Shown here: positions 51,001 to 64,000 of the stretch, piece by piece
Numbering within the stretch: position 1 is the stretch's first letter
How the letters are laid out: each line of letters opens with the position of its first letter
Source of the DNA: Mustelus asterias
Lineage: Eukaryota
Direction of reading: 5' to 3'
Length of the DNA: 64,000 bases
NCBI RefSeq assembly: GCF_964213995.1
Contig: NC_135811.1
Location: forward strand, 77,500,001-77,564,000
Notes under the pieces: generated by a model
What the model was told of the DNA's origin: nothing
The model's input: the letters and a program-made list of their open reading frames with translations, nothing else
Database searches by the model: none
Made by a program: the position numbers and the translations under genes

Positions 51001-51990
51001 GTCAGTGGGGATGAGGCCCTTATATGGGCATTAAATCTATGTCTCCCAGACCGTCTAACATCAGTTAATGGGAACAGTTTTCCCTTGACTACCTTTCGGA
51101 AACAGCCATAATTCTGAAATATTCTGCACTAAGGCTGTATCCCAAAGATGTAATGCACATTGTTAACGCTAAGGATATTTCAATTGCATGGAGTCGCATA
51201 AGAGTGGGACATCCTGCATGGAGGCATGTTGAATTTCATTGCACTTTCTATAATTTTGAAGATGAAATGTTTTGTAATGCTCTTCGACAAATGTTATGAA
51301 TAATTCATATTTTTGGGGTGAAATTTAGTGATCAGAAGAATGAAAGTGTAAGGGGAAGGGAGATACAGAAAATAAAATAGTTCGCGGGTATCTGATCATT
51401 AGAGCAAGCGGGCTTATAGGAGAGGAAGGAATGGTTCGAGAGACCGATATAGTTTCAGGGGGTTCGAGACACAGAGATAGTAAGTGCGGTCACAGTGAAA
51501 TTACTGAGTGAGTTAGATACAGAATGAAATACAGCGACAGAGAATTCTGTCATTGTCACAATGGGTGGAAATCACACGATTGAAAATTCTTGCAGTTGCC
51601 AGTTCCGATCAGATTGTTGATCTAACTTTCTATAAAACCTCTGTCTAAATGAAATGAACCGAGATTTTACTCATCTCTAATCCCGTCGAATGTTTCACCA
51701 GGTCCAAGGGCTTGGATTTCAGGAAATGTCTCTGTTTTATGCAGTGTTGGGGAAAGGAGCCACCCTGAGAGGAGAAAAAATATCATCAATTATAAATCCC
51801 CAGAAATGTCCCCTGATTTGACATTTCACACGCTGCTCAGAATGCAGTTTTAACTCACCATTTGATTGAGTTTGCTGAGTGTGTGTGTGTTGAGAACTTG
51901 CTGTAACTGCAGCCTCTCACAGCCCAGACTGAGGGTCCCGGACAAGAAGAGCGACACCACCCAAAATCTCCAAATACTCGCCAAAGCCAT
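48076..51990 (-). pseudogene. Type I interferon gene 5 (flank type B), probable pseudogene or exon-2-skipping variant
   Basis: Exons 51859-51990, 51675-51764, 48283-48522, 48076-48174 are all open. The exon-2 donor reads GAG|atgagt (position 51674) instead of GAG|gtgagt, and read-through meets TAG after 9 codons. Also a CR1 insertion in intron 2. Confidence 0.7.
48660..49795 (+). mobile_element. Young 5'-truncated CR1 LINE in gene 5 intron 2
   Basis: GVPQGSVLGP and KFADGTK RT motifs; 286-aa ORF 48855-49715; (gttcttt)n tail; GAATC on both sides; absent from the other units. Confidence 0.92.
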
Positions 51991-53600
51991 GACCGACCGA
52001 GTCAGAGTGAAACCCCCGGACTGACGATAAGACACCGACCGGGTCTGGGTTCAACTCAGACCAACAAATATTTTTAAACGAATGAAAATCTAACAGTTCC
52101 GTTTCAAAGCCCCGAGTGAACGGCTGAGCTGTTCAGTCCTCTTTCCGTGTGTCTGTCTCTCTCTCTCTCTGTATCCGTGTATATATGTAGACTGTGCTGA
52201 GAGGAACTGTCCCTGCCATGCTGTCTCAGGGGCTGGCGATTACATTTAAAAAGTGAAATCTGATAGCGGGAGTTTTGGAAGTTCTTCAGGAGAGGAATAG
52301 TTAGTCTGCTCCCTGTCTGAGGTAAGGAATCGGAAAGCTGGAGATTCCGGAGCCAGGGACTGGAAGGTCCCCGATAGAAAAATCACAAACAGCGCTCGGT
52401 TCCAGCTCAAAGTTCCAACAATCTGGATCAATATTATTAATATCCATTTTGTGAAAACGGATTATTGCCTTCAAAGTGATGGGATTCACATTAAGGGGAC
52501 CAGAAAAGTTGCGGTTCCTCAGATTGTTGGATTTTGAGGCTGTTCTTCTTGAGTTCGCTGCCCGAAGGCGGGCCCAACCCATTTTCCAACAAGAGCTCCA
52601 TAAGGTGATTATTACATTCAGAAATGACACTCAATGTGCCCGTGACACAGGTAAACTCTCCCTCCTCCTTGTTGCTCTGTCCGCAGCCTTCGACATGGGC
52701 GAGCAGACTCATCACTCACCTCTCTCCCCCACGATGCAGTTAATTGGGAGCACTCTCTCTGCCTCTCATTCTTACTGAAGTCATTGCAGCCTGAATATAT
52801 CCAGAATCGCATCTCTCCCCCCGCCCCCCCTCCCCCCCGCCCCCCACACTCCACCACGCACTCCGCCTTTCAGCCTCTGCTGTCTATGAGGATCTCTCCC
52901 TGCTCCCTTTTCTAACTCTCATCTCCGAGCTGCCCCATGGGGACATCACTCACCATTTACCCATCGCCCCTGTGCTGGTTGAATTATGTTGGCTCCTGCT
53001 TCAGGAATGCCTTGGTTTTAAAAATCTCACCCTCATTTTCAAACTCCGCCAGTCCCTCATCCCTTCCTTTCTCTATAATCACCTCCAGCATCGAATCCCT
53101 CCGAGATATCTGCTCTACTCCAATTCTTTCCCCGCGCCCCCTCCCCACCCCCCAGAATTCCCCATTTTAATTCACCCACCATGGGTGGTGTCTCTTCAGC
53201 TGCTCAACCCTCAAACTCTGTAATTTCTGCCCTAAATCTCTCCGCCCCTCTTTACCCCATTAAAACGCTCCTTAAAATCAACTTCATTCACCAAGTTATT
53301 GCTCACCTGCCTCAGTATCTCCTCGTCTGACTGACTATCCAATGTTTCTGGATAACACGCCTGTGAATCACTTTGAACCATCAATCTCTCTCTATAATGA
53401 TGAGTGCTTGTTACTGATGGGCTGTCTCTGATTTCCCCCATTTCAGGCTCACATTCCCCTTTATCCGTCACTCAGTCCCCTTCTCCTCAATGTCTGCTTT
53501 CTATTTCTCTCTCAGATCAGAGTTGCTCCTTCAAACAGATTCAGATTCAATCTCTCCCGGTCCCTCTCTCCCCTCAATATCATTCCCAGTTTCAACTCAC

Positions 53601-53732
53601 CATTTGATTGAGTTTGCTGAGTGTGTGTTTGTTGAGAACTTGCTGTAACTGCAGCCTCTCGCAGCCCAGACTGAGGGTCCCGGTCAAGAAGAGCGACACC
53701 ATCGAAAATCTCCAAATCCTCGCCAAGGCCAT
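53601..53732 (-). CDS. Distal alternative exon 1 (promoter B) of IFN gene 5
   Basis: 132 nt open exon (W10S), phase-0 donor. Confidence 0.72.
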
Positions 53733-56700
53733 GACCAACCGAGTCAGAGGGAAAGCCCGATGTGGAAGAGGAGAAACCGGCGGCTTTGGTGGTTCAGCGG
53801 CGAGAACGGTTCTTGCGAAGAGAATTCAAGTCGGGAAGTGGAATTGGAGCCGCTTGTGATCCGGGAGCGAGCGCCTGTGTTGCCGAATGGTGTGAGTGTG
53901 GATTCTGCTGCTCGCTGGCACTGGCACTGCCAGGCTGCCCGCTTTAATGTGCGCCCATTACATTGCAAAAGTGAAAATGGGCTGCAGGGGTTTTGGGAGA
54001 GCTGCGGGAGATCAGTAGTTTGTGCGGTTTCTGTGTGAGGTCAGGAATGGGAAAGCTGGAGACTCCCGAAGCAGCGAGTGAGAAATCCCCGGGAGAAAAT
54101 CACAAGCAGCGCCCAGTTGCAGCTCAGTGTTGTGTGGGCTTCACATCACCCGGGGGGGCACTAAGGTACTGCAGAGGTGGGCTCTGTATTGGGGGGCAGT
54201 GTGGACATGGATTGGTGTCTGCATTTGACCATCCGGATTACAGGACACCGAGAGCGGCGCCTTTTAGTTGCGGGCATTCGGCCCCATTCCCTCTGATATC
54301 CCCGCAGTGTTCACATCGCCTTTGTCCTGTTCACACTTCCCAGCTTGAACATTGCAGAGAGACCGGCTCAGAGCCCAGGCTCGCCGCTTAATGGAGACTG
54401 ACTCCGCTCCCATTGAGCTGCCCCACAATCTGCTCTTTAACTGCAAGAAGTAGCTCATTTCTCGCTTCTTTTCTGCAGCCATTTCCAGACTCTGACTGAG
54501 AGAATATTGAATCTGTTCCGATTCTGAGTGGGAAAGTGATCCCGCTCCCTTTCCTTTCGCCCCGTTTGTTTCTCCTCTCTGTCCCGGGAAAGTGTCCGCC
54601 TCACTTTCTCTCTGGAAATGAGCCTTGTGTCAGTTTGTGCCGAAAGCGAAAGTGCCTCAGGGAAAGTGAGGCGTTTTGTCATTTCCGACAGTGGGGAGAG
54701 TTTGTGAAGAGGGCGGCTCACACTGAGAGGGCTGAGGCGAGGGGCTGCCAAGGGGGTTCTGATATTCGTATTTATCCCCGCTTTCAACAGGCAATAAGGT
54801 ATAGGGGCAGAATTAGGCCATTTGGCCCATCGAGTCCGCTTCGCCATTCGATCATGGCTGATATGCTCCTCAAATACCATTTTCCTGCCTTCTCCCCGAA
54901 CTCTTCAACCCATTACCAATTAAAAATCTGTCTAACTCCTCCTTAAATTTACTCACTGTCCCAACATCCACCGCACTTTGGGGTAGCAAATTCCACAGGT
55001 TCACAACACTTTGGGAGAAGTAGTTTCTCCTCACCTCTGTTTTAAACTTGCTACCCCTTATCCTAAATCTATGACCTCCCGTCCTAGAATGCCCCACAAG
55101 AGGAAGCATCCGTTCCACGTCTACTTTATCCACACCTTTTATCATCTTGTATACCTCAATTTTCTAATCTCGTTCTTCTAAATTCCAGAGACTATCGGCC
55201 TAAACTATTCAATCTCTCTTCATACGACAAACCCCTCATCTGTGAAATCAATCTCGTGAACCTCCTGTGAACTGCCTCCAATGTCACTACATCTTTCCTC
55301 AAATGAGGGAACCAAAACTGTGCACAATACTCCAGATGCAGCCTCACTGATGCCTTCTATAGTTTCAACAATACTTCCTTACATTATATTTTATTCCTTT
55401 AGCTATAAAGGCACTGAATCCCTGTCAGATGGAACTCAGATCCAAATCTTCAGTCCGGGTGTAGGTGGGAGTGCGATCCCACAACACCAACAGTCTCATA
55501 GAATCCTAGAGTGCATAAGGAGGCTATTCGGCCCATTGAGTCTGCACCGACCACAATCCCGTAGTCCTACATATTTACCCTGCTACTCGCCTTGACACTA
55601 GGGTCAATTTATCACAGCCAATCCACCTAACCTGCGTATCTTTCAACTGTGAGAGGAAACTGGGGAACCCAAAGGAAACCCACGCAGATGTGGGAAGAAT
55701 GTACATACTCCACACAGACAGTATTCCAAGGCTGGAATTGAACCCGTGTCCCTGGCGCTGTGAGGCAGCAGTGCTAACCACTGAGCCACCATGTTGCCCC
55801 TTTCTAACAACACCAGGTTAAAGTCCAACAGGTGTATTTGGTAGCAAAAGCCACAAGCGTTTGGAGCCTTAAGCCCCTTCCTCAGGTGAGTGGGAATTCT
55901 GTTCACAAACAGGGCATATAAAGACACAAACTCAATTTACAGAATAATGGTTGGAATGTGAATACTTATAACTAATCAAGTCTTTAAGATACAAACAATG
56001 TGAGTGGAGAGAGCATCAAGACAGGCTAAAGGGATGTGTATTGTCTCCAGACAGGACAGCCAGTGAGACTCTGCAGGCCCAGGCAAGCTGTGGGGATTAC
56101 AGATAGTGTGACATGAACCCAATATCCCGGTTGAGGCAGTCCTCATGTGTGCGGAATTTGGCTATCAGTTTCTGCTCAGTGCCATCGTGTGTCGTGAAGG
56201 CTGCCTTGGAGAACGCTTACCCGAATATCAGAGGCCGAATGCCCATGACCGCTGAAGTGCTCCCCAACAGGAAGAGAACAGTCTTGCCTGGTGATTGTCG
56301 AGCGGTGTTCATTCATCCGTTGTCGCAGCGGCTGCATGGTTTCCCCAATGTACCATGCGTCAGGACATCCTTTCCTGCAGCATATCAGGTAGACAACGTT
56401 GGCCGAGTTGCAAGAGTATGTACCGTGTACCTGTTGGATGGTGTTCTCACGTGAGTATGTAATTGGGTGCAGATTAACTCATTCACAGATATCTGTTGAC
56501 CCAAACCATAGATATTTTAATGAACTTATCAGTTTACCCTCTGTTAGAATCCTGCTTTAAAATGCCAGAAAATGACCTTTAAAAAGACAGGTCCATTTTC
56601 TGGTGAATCTGGGGTGCAATATTTATTTTCTTTTCAAATTCAAAAGTGACATTGCCAATCACTTTTTCACAGGTCTCTTGCTATCTTCACACCAAAATGG

Positions 56701-56924
56701 CTCAATTTTGTTTCTGGAGCCTTATTGAAGGACTGTAAACAATTTCGATGGTGAATAATTTACCCTGGGGTGAGGCCAATTTCGTGTTGGCCCATTTTGC
56801 AGTGTAATTGTTTTGCCAAAAGGCTAACATCCATGTGACACCCTCACTGGTCACAGAATATCTCAAAGCATTTGACTGCTGATGGAGTGACTGTGAGGTA
56901 CATTGACTGTTGTAATATAGGAAA

Positions 56925-57013
56925 TGAAGGGGCTTAGAGCTCCGAAAGCTTGTGTGGCTTTTGCTACCAAATAAACCTGTTGGACTTTAACCTGGTGTTG
57001 TTCAACTTCTTAC
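56925..57013 (+). mobile_element. Short Penelope terminal-repeat insertion with 14-bp TSD
   Basis: TGTAATATAGGAAA at 56911-56924 and 57014-57027; absent from paralogous units. Confidence 0.85.
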
Positions 57014-58777
57014 TGTAATATAGGAAACACATGAGCCAATTTGTGCTTCATCCTCCCACAAACAGCACTCTGATAACAGACAGAGAACCTGGTTTAATGA
57101 TATTGATTGTGAGCAATTATCAGGTTGGCAATCGGGAATTAGTGGATTGCTCCTCCTTGTGTTCTTTTGTAATGCAATCATTATTTAACATGCAGATTTC
57201 CAGAAGGTGTCAACCATGATACCACATGAGAGATTTTCATCCTCACATTCCAAATATTCTCTTTCCTACCCAGAGACTGATGTCTACTCAGCTCGTTGAC
57301 TGATTTCCCAATCTGTACTCTGCCGCTTTTTAAAAGCCTGTTCACATGGGATGTTCACATGTTCATTAAAAGAACATTGAATACAGGAGTTGGGACATCT
57401 TGTTGAAGCTGTGCAAGACATTGGTAAGGCCACACTTCGAATACTGTGTGCAATTCTTGTCACCCTATTATAGAAAGGATATTATTAAACTAGAAAGAGT
57501 GCAGAAAAGATTTACTAGGATGCTACCGGGACTTGATGGATTGAGTTATAAGGAGCGGCTGAATAGACAGGGACTTTTTTCTCTGGAGCATAAGAGGCTG
57601 ACCTTATAGAGGTCTATAAAATAATGAGGGGCACAGACAAGGCAGATAGTCAATATCTTTTTCCAAAGGTACGGGAGTCTAAAACTAGAGGACATAGGTT
57701 TAAAGTGAGAGGGGAGAGATACAAAAGTGTCCAAGGGGCAATTTATGCACACAGAGGGTGGTGAGTGTCTGGAACAAGCTGCCAGAGGTAGTAGTAGAGG
57801 CGGGTACAAATTTATCTTTTAAAAAGCATTTAGATAGTTATTTGGGTACGATGGGTATAGAGGGATATGGGCCAAATGCGGGCAATTGGGGTTTGAAACA
57901 ATAGGGCGGCATGACAAGTTGAGCCAAAGGGCCTGTTTCCATGCTGTAAACCTCTATGACTCTATGTGTTGCATGTCACGGGAATGGTCGGTGTTTGTTG
58001 CCCATCCCTAATTGCTCATAATGGAGATAGCATGCAAGGCCACTTGAGAGGGCAGTTAAAAGGTAACCACATTATTGTGGTTCTGCAGCCACGTGTAGGC
58101 CAGAACAGGAATGGAGGGCAGATTTCCTTTCCTTACAGACATGAGTGAATCAGGTGGGGTTTTCGGGCAAATTCACAGAAATGGGAAAGAAACATAATTT
58201 CAACAAATGCGTATTACTAAAAATAATTTATTGTCAATATTAAATCCATAAAAACATGGTCTTATTTAGCATAAAAATTGACAGCATGGAAAAACATTGT
58301 CTGTTCCATAACTCGAAATAAATATCAATAACTTAACATTTTAAAACTCATTTTACACATTGTGGAAACTGTCACATTTTGTTACACAAAGACATCACAA
58401 CAATAAATATCAATAAAGTAGGGTAGCTGAAATTGGTTGAAATGTTGTCCATTTAGCAGGGCACAAATGGAAAGGTCAGCGTGGCTCTGGGTTTAATGTT
58501 CTGCAAACCCACTTCCTGAATGCCTGACAGCACATTCCAAATCAGACTCTCCACACACTGAAAATGTAACGTTGCATCAGAGGAAAATAACACAGCCGTA
58601 AATATCAATAAATTAAAAATAAATAAAAATAAATAACCCAACAAGTCATCCATTGTTCTCTCATCATTAAAGTAAAGTATAAAATTCATTACAGATATCC
58701 ATAAATAAATATAGTCTTAAATGAAAATTCTTTAAAATAAATATTCATTGTTCCCAGTCTGTAATAGAAAAGTTTTT

Positions 58778-61579
58778 TCACTTTCTTCTCCTGATTTGTG
58801 CCATTACGGAAGTCATCTGTTGTAATCGGGCCCTGGTCTCAGTGCGGATTATTTCCCAGGCACATTGACTGAATTTCTGAAAAAGAAAATTATTCAGGAA
58901 AATGGATTACAGAATGAATAGATTCCAAAGGGGTGAATTAACGTACAATGCCAATAACCACACAGTCAATCATCAATGGTCCTACCTCCTGATTGAGGAA
59001 CTTTTCCAGTTTCCTGAAGTAATTGTGAATGGTGAAGTTTCTCCTCATCTTGTGCTCTGACTTCTGTTTCCTGACACATTCTTCCAGCTCACTGAGCTGC
59101 CGATCCAGGATCAGCCGGAAATGTTCTACCTTGTCTCGGGCCCATGTGACTGAGCCCAGATTCATGCTGTAGATCTTGTTGATGTGTCGCAGAGTTTGAT
59201 GGACAATCTGGATCCTGTCCTGTGTCTATACAAAATATACACAATGTCATGAGAGAGATTCCATTCCCCATAAGGCATAGTATGATACAGGCCACAAACA
59301 AATAAGGCTAAAAATGTTCAAATGGTAAATGTTCACCTTCAGCGACTTAAAACGGGATCAGGCCTATGTATATTGAAAACAAACATTGCTATTTCTTCCT
59401 TCATAGGATGTGGGCATCACTGGCAAAGCCAGAATTTGTTGCTCATCCCTAATTGTATTTGACATGAATATTTCAGATAACATTTTAGAGTCAACCACAT
59501 GATTGTGGGTTTGCAGTCACTTGTAGGCCAGACCGAGTAAGGAGAGCAGGTTTTCTTTCCTTAAAGGTCATTAATGAACCAGATGGATTTTTACAAGAAT
59601 CTATGACAGTCCCATTGCTGAGATTAGCTGTATTTCCAGATTTATGAATTGAGCATGAATTCGACTGGCTGCCCTGGTGGAAATTGAACAAAAGTTCCCA
59701 GAGCATAACACCAGGCCTCGGGATTATTAGTCCAGTGGCATGAGCACTGTGCCACTATTACCTCCTAAACATTATTGGGTCAATAATAATTGCAAATAAC
59801 CAATGGGAGTTTTTAAAAATTGGAGATGTTTTGGATACAAACTGGACTCCTTTCGATGAAGCAGAGAGGCCCGAGGTCATCCGATTTACAATAAAATTTA
59901 GACTCTTTGTTCAGTATAGAACCAAGCTGAATGCAGACCATACACACCAAAATTATCAAAAGAAATGAAGGGTGAATACGATGCATGAGAATTAATGCCA
60001 GCTATCGTAAAGGGGAAGCTAAAAATGGGTCATAAGAATATAAAGAATGTGGAGATGCCGGTATTGGACGAGGGAGGAGAAGATACGAGTCCAAGATGTT
60101 TATTTGAAAACTGTAATTTGAATTTGGCTCCAGTTGAGAAGGAGATGCTTCAAATGTTACAGTAAAGGGAGAAGTAGTAAAGAAATTGGATGGGATAAAA
60201 CTCGATAAAAAGGGGGTATCACTGTGGCGGTGCAACTGGGAATGTTGCTGCTTGTCCTCAATGCACCTGTCAAAATTCCAGGATCAAAGAGGGACGAGAT
60301 TTCTCAGGTGAGTAAGACCTGGATGGAAGTCCTGGAGAGGTGAGGATTGTAGGAGATATGGGAAAATGGTCAGAAGCATAAGGTTGCTGTTCTTCCATCA
60401 CATCTTGCACTGCAATGATGCCGGGTCACTTGACCAGTCCAGTACTGCCTTTGAATGAGAGACATACCCACAATTCCACCTGACCCCACCTACAATACTA
60501 GCAACCTGGAAGCAAACCGACAACATGACTTTCTGGATTCCCACTTGCCGAATCCCCTCATTCCTACTGGTTGTGTAAAGTTGTCAGTGGGGATAAGTCC
60601 CTTATATGGGCATTAAATCTGTGTCCCCAAGACCCTCCAACATCAGTTAATGGGAACTGTTTTCCCTTGACTGCCTTTCGGAAACAGCCAGAATCCTGAA
60701 ATATTCTGCACTCAGGCTGTTTCCCAAACATGTAATGTACATTGTTAACGCAAGGGATATTTCAATTCCATTGAGTCACATAAGAGTCACATAAGAGTCA
60801 CACGCTGCATGGAGGCATGTTGAATTTCATTGCACTTTCTATCATTTTGAAGTTGAAATGTTTTGTAATACTCTTCTGCAAATGTTATGAACAATTCATA
60901 TTTTTGTGGTGAAAGTTAGTGATCAGAAGAATGAAAGTGTAAGGGACAGGGAGATACAGAAAATACAATAGTTCGCGGGCATCTGATCATTCGAACAAGA
61001 GGGCTTATTGGAGATGAAGGAATGGTTCGAGGGACGGATATAATTTCAGGGGGTTCGAGATAGAGATAGTAAGTGCGGTAACAGTGAAATTACTGAGTGA
61101 GTTAGATACAGAGTGAAATGCAATGACAGAGAATTCTGCCATTGTCACAATGGGTGGAAATCACACGATTTAAAATTCCTGCAGTTGCCATTTCCGATCA
61201 GATTGTTGATCTAACTTTCTATAAAACCTCTGTCTAAATAAAATGAACCGAGATTTTACTCACCTCCAATCCCTTCGAAAGTTTCACCAGGTCCAAGGGC
61301 TTGGATTTCAGGAAGTGTCTCTGTTTAATGCAGTGTTGGGGGAAGGAGCCACCCTGAGAGGAGAAAAAATATAATCAATTATAAATCCCCAGAAATGTCC
61401 CCTGATTTGACATTTCACACGCTGCTCAGAATGCAGCTTTAACTCACCATTTGATTGAGTTTGCTGAGTGTGTGTGTGTTGAGAACTTGCTGTAACTGCA
61501 GCCTCTCACAGCCCAGACTGAGGGTCAAGGACAAGAAGAGCGACATGATCCAAAATCTCCAAATACTCGCCAATGCCAT
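58778..61579 (-). CDS. Type I interferon gene 6 (array, flank type A), 186 aa
   Basis: Exons 61448-61579, 61264-61353, 58986-59225, 58778-58876. Intact splice sites, CAWE motif. Confidence 0.93.
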
Positions 61580-63178
61580 GACCGACCGAGTCAGAGTGAA
61601 ACACCGAACTGAGGATAAGACACCGACCAAATCCGGGTTCAACTCCGAACAAATATTTTTAAACGAATGAAAATGTAAATAGTTCCGCTTCTGAACCCCG
61701 AGTGAACGGCTGAGCTGTTCAGTTCTCTTTCCGTGTGTCTGTCTGTCTCTCTCTGTGTATCCGTGTATATAGGTGGACTGTGCTGGGAGGAACTGTCTCT
61801 GCCATGCTGTCTCAGGGGCTGGCGATTACATTGGAAAAGTGAAATCTGGTAGCTGGAGTTTTGGAAGTTCTTCAGTAGAGGAATAGTTAATCTGCTCCCT
61901 GTCTGAGGTAAGGAATCGGAAAGCTGGAGTTTCCGGAACCAGGGACTGAAAGCTCCCGGAGAGAAAAATCACAAACAGCGCTCGGTTCCAGCTCAAAGTT
62001 CCAACAATCGGAATCAATATTATTAATATCCATTTTGTGAAAACAGATTATTGCATTCAAAGTTATTTTGATTCACATTAAGGGGACAAGAAAAGTTGCG
62101 GTTGGTCAGATGGTTGGATTTTGAGGCTGTTCTTCTTGAGTTCTCTGTCCGAAGGCGGGCCCAACCCATTTTCCCACAAGAGCTCCATAAGATGATCATT
62201 ACATTCAGAAATGACACTCAATGTGCCCGTGACACAGGTAAACTCTCCCTCCTCCTTGTCGCTCTGTCCGCAGCCTTTGAGATGGGCGCGCAGACCATCA
62301 TCATTCAACTCTCTCCCCCACGGTGCAACTGATGGGGAGCACTCTCTCTGCCTCTCATTCTTACTGAAGTCATTGTACCCTGAGAATATCCAGAATCGCA
62401 TCTTTTCTCCCCCACACTCCACCACGCACCTCACCTTTCAGCCTCTGCTGTCCATGAGGATCTCTCCCTGCTCCCTTTTCTAATTCTCATCTCCACGCTG
62501 CCCCATGGGGACATCACTCACCATTTACCCATCACCCCTGTGCTGGTTGAATTACGTTGGCTCCTGCTTCAGGAATGCCTTGATTTTAAAAATCTCACCC
62601 AAATTTTCAAACTCCGCCAGTCCCTCATCCCTCCCTATCTCTGTAATCACCTCCAGCCGCGAATCCCTACGAGATACCTGCTCCGCTCCAATTCTTACCC
62701 CGCGCCCCCCCCCCCCCCACCGCCCCCCCTTCCCAGAATTCCCCATTTTCATTCAACCACCATGGGTGGTGTCTCTTCAGCTGCTCAACCCTCAAACTCT
62801 GTAATTTCTGCCCTAAACCTCTCCGCCCCTCTTTACCCCATTTAAACGCTCCTTAAAATCAACTTCATTCAAGTTATTGCTCACCTGCCTCAGTATCTCC
62901 TCGTCTGACTGACTAGCCAATGTTTCTGGATAACACGCCTGTGAATCACTTTGAACCATCAATCTCTCTCTATAATGATGAGTGCTTGTTACTGATGGGC
63001 TGTCTCTGATTTCCCCCCTCTCAGGCTCACATTCCCCTTTATCCTTCACTCAGTCCCCTTCTCCTCAATGTCTGCTTTCTATTTCTCTCTCCGATCAGAG
63101 TTGCTCCTTCAAACAGATTCAAATTCAATCTCTCCCGGTCCCTCTCTCCCCTCAATATCATTCCCAGTTTCAACTCAC

Positions 63179-63310
63179 CATTTGATTGAGTTTGCTGAGT
63201 GTGTGTTTGTTGAGTACTTGCTGTAACTGCAGCCTCTCGCAGCCCAGACTGAGGGTCCCGGTCAAGAAGAGCGACACCATCCAAAATCTCCAAATCCTCG
63301 CCAAAGCCAT
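63179..63310 (-). CDS. Distal alternative exon 1 (promoter B) of IFN gene 6
   Basis: 132 nt intact signal-peptide exon with phase-0 donor. Confidence 0.75.
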
Positions 63311-64000
63311 GACCAACCGGGTCAGAGGGAAAGCCCGATGTGGAAGAGGAGAAACCGGCGGCTTTGGTGGTTCAGCGGCGAGAACGGTTCTTGCGAAGAG
63401 AATTCAAGTGGAATTGGAGCCGCTTGTGATCCGGGAGCGAGCGCCTGTGTTGCCGAATAGTGTGAGTGTGGATTCTGCTGCGAGCTGGCACTGGCACTGC
63501 CAGGCTGCCCGCTTTAATGTGCGCCCATTACATTGCAAAAGTGAAAATGGGCTGCAGGGGTTTTGGGAGAGCTGCGGGAGATCAATAGTTTGTGCGGTTT
63601 CTGTGTGAGGTCAGGAATGGGAAAGCTGGAGACTCCCGAAGCAGCGAGTGAGAAATCCCCGGGAGAAAATCACAAGCAGCGCTCGGTTGCAGCTCAGTGT
63701 TGTGTGGGCTTCACATCACCCGGGGGGGCACTAAGGTGCTGCAGAGGTGGGCTCTGTATTGGGGGGCAGTGTGGACATGGATTGGGGGCTGCATTTGACC
63801 ATCCGGATTACAGAGATACCGAGAGCGGCGCATTTTAGTGCGGAGATTCGGCCCCATTCCCTCTGATATCCCCGCTATGTTCACATCGCGTTTGTCCTGT
63901 TAACACTTCCCAGCTTGAACATTGCAGAGAGACCGGCTCAGAGCCCAGGCTCGCCGCTTAATGGAGACTGACTCCGCTCCCATTGAGCTGCCCCACAATC

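Larger units (their letters stand above)
14130..64000. repeat. Tandem segmental duplication array of IFN units
   Basis: Distal exon 1 recurs at 14145, 25211, 34386, 44108, 53601 and 63179 (spacings 11066, 9175, 9722, 9493, 9578). Intervening sequence is near-identical, with two alternating flank types. Confidence 0.95.

Noticed and set aside
14130-64000. Array as an assembly artefact, or a CRISPR/prokaryotic system
   Set aside because: Units carry private insertions and substitutions; the sequence is spliceosomal and vertebrate, with no repeat-spacer array.

Overview
Eukaryotic vertebrate DNA, very probably a shark or ray (inferred from V-SINE/HE1-like tRNA SINEs, CR1, L2, Penelope and Deu-SINE repeats). 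The window holds a minus-strand tandem cluster of six intron-containing type I interferon genes, assembled by hand from exons the ORF track only partly shows. Each gene has four coding exons of 132/90/240/99 nt with phase-0 introns and encodes about 186 aa: signal peptide, four Cys and a CAWE motif. Gene 1 (5.0-14.3 kb) is divergent. Genes 2-6 form a young array of about 9-11 kb units that alternate between two flank types. The main unusual feature is that every gene has two (gene 2: three) signal-peptide first exons, each behind its own IRF/NF-kB-type promoter. All are intact except the proximal one of gene 1. Other notable points: a dead exon-2 splice donor in gene 5, gene-conversion patchwork, a U2 snRNA-headed insertion, minimal hammerhead ribozyme motifs on the IFN sense strand, a solo LTR and copy-specific insertions. 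Exon coordinates were counted by hand; repeat boundaries are approximate.
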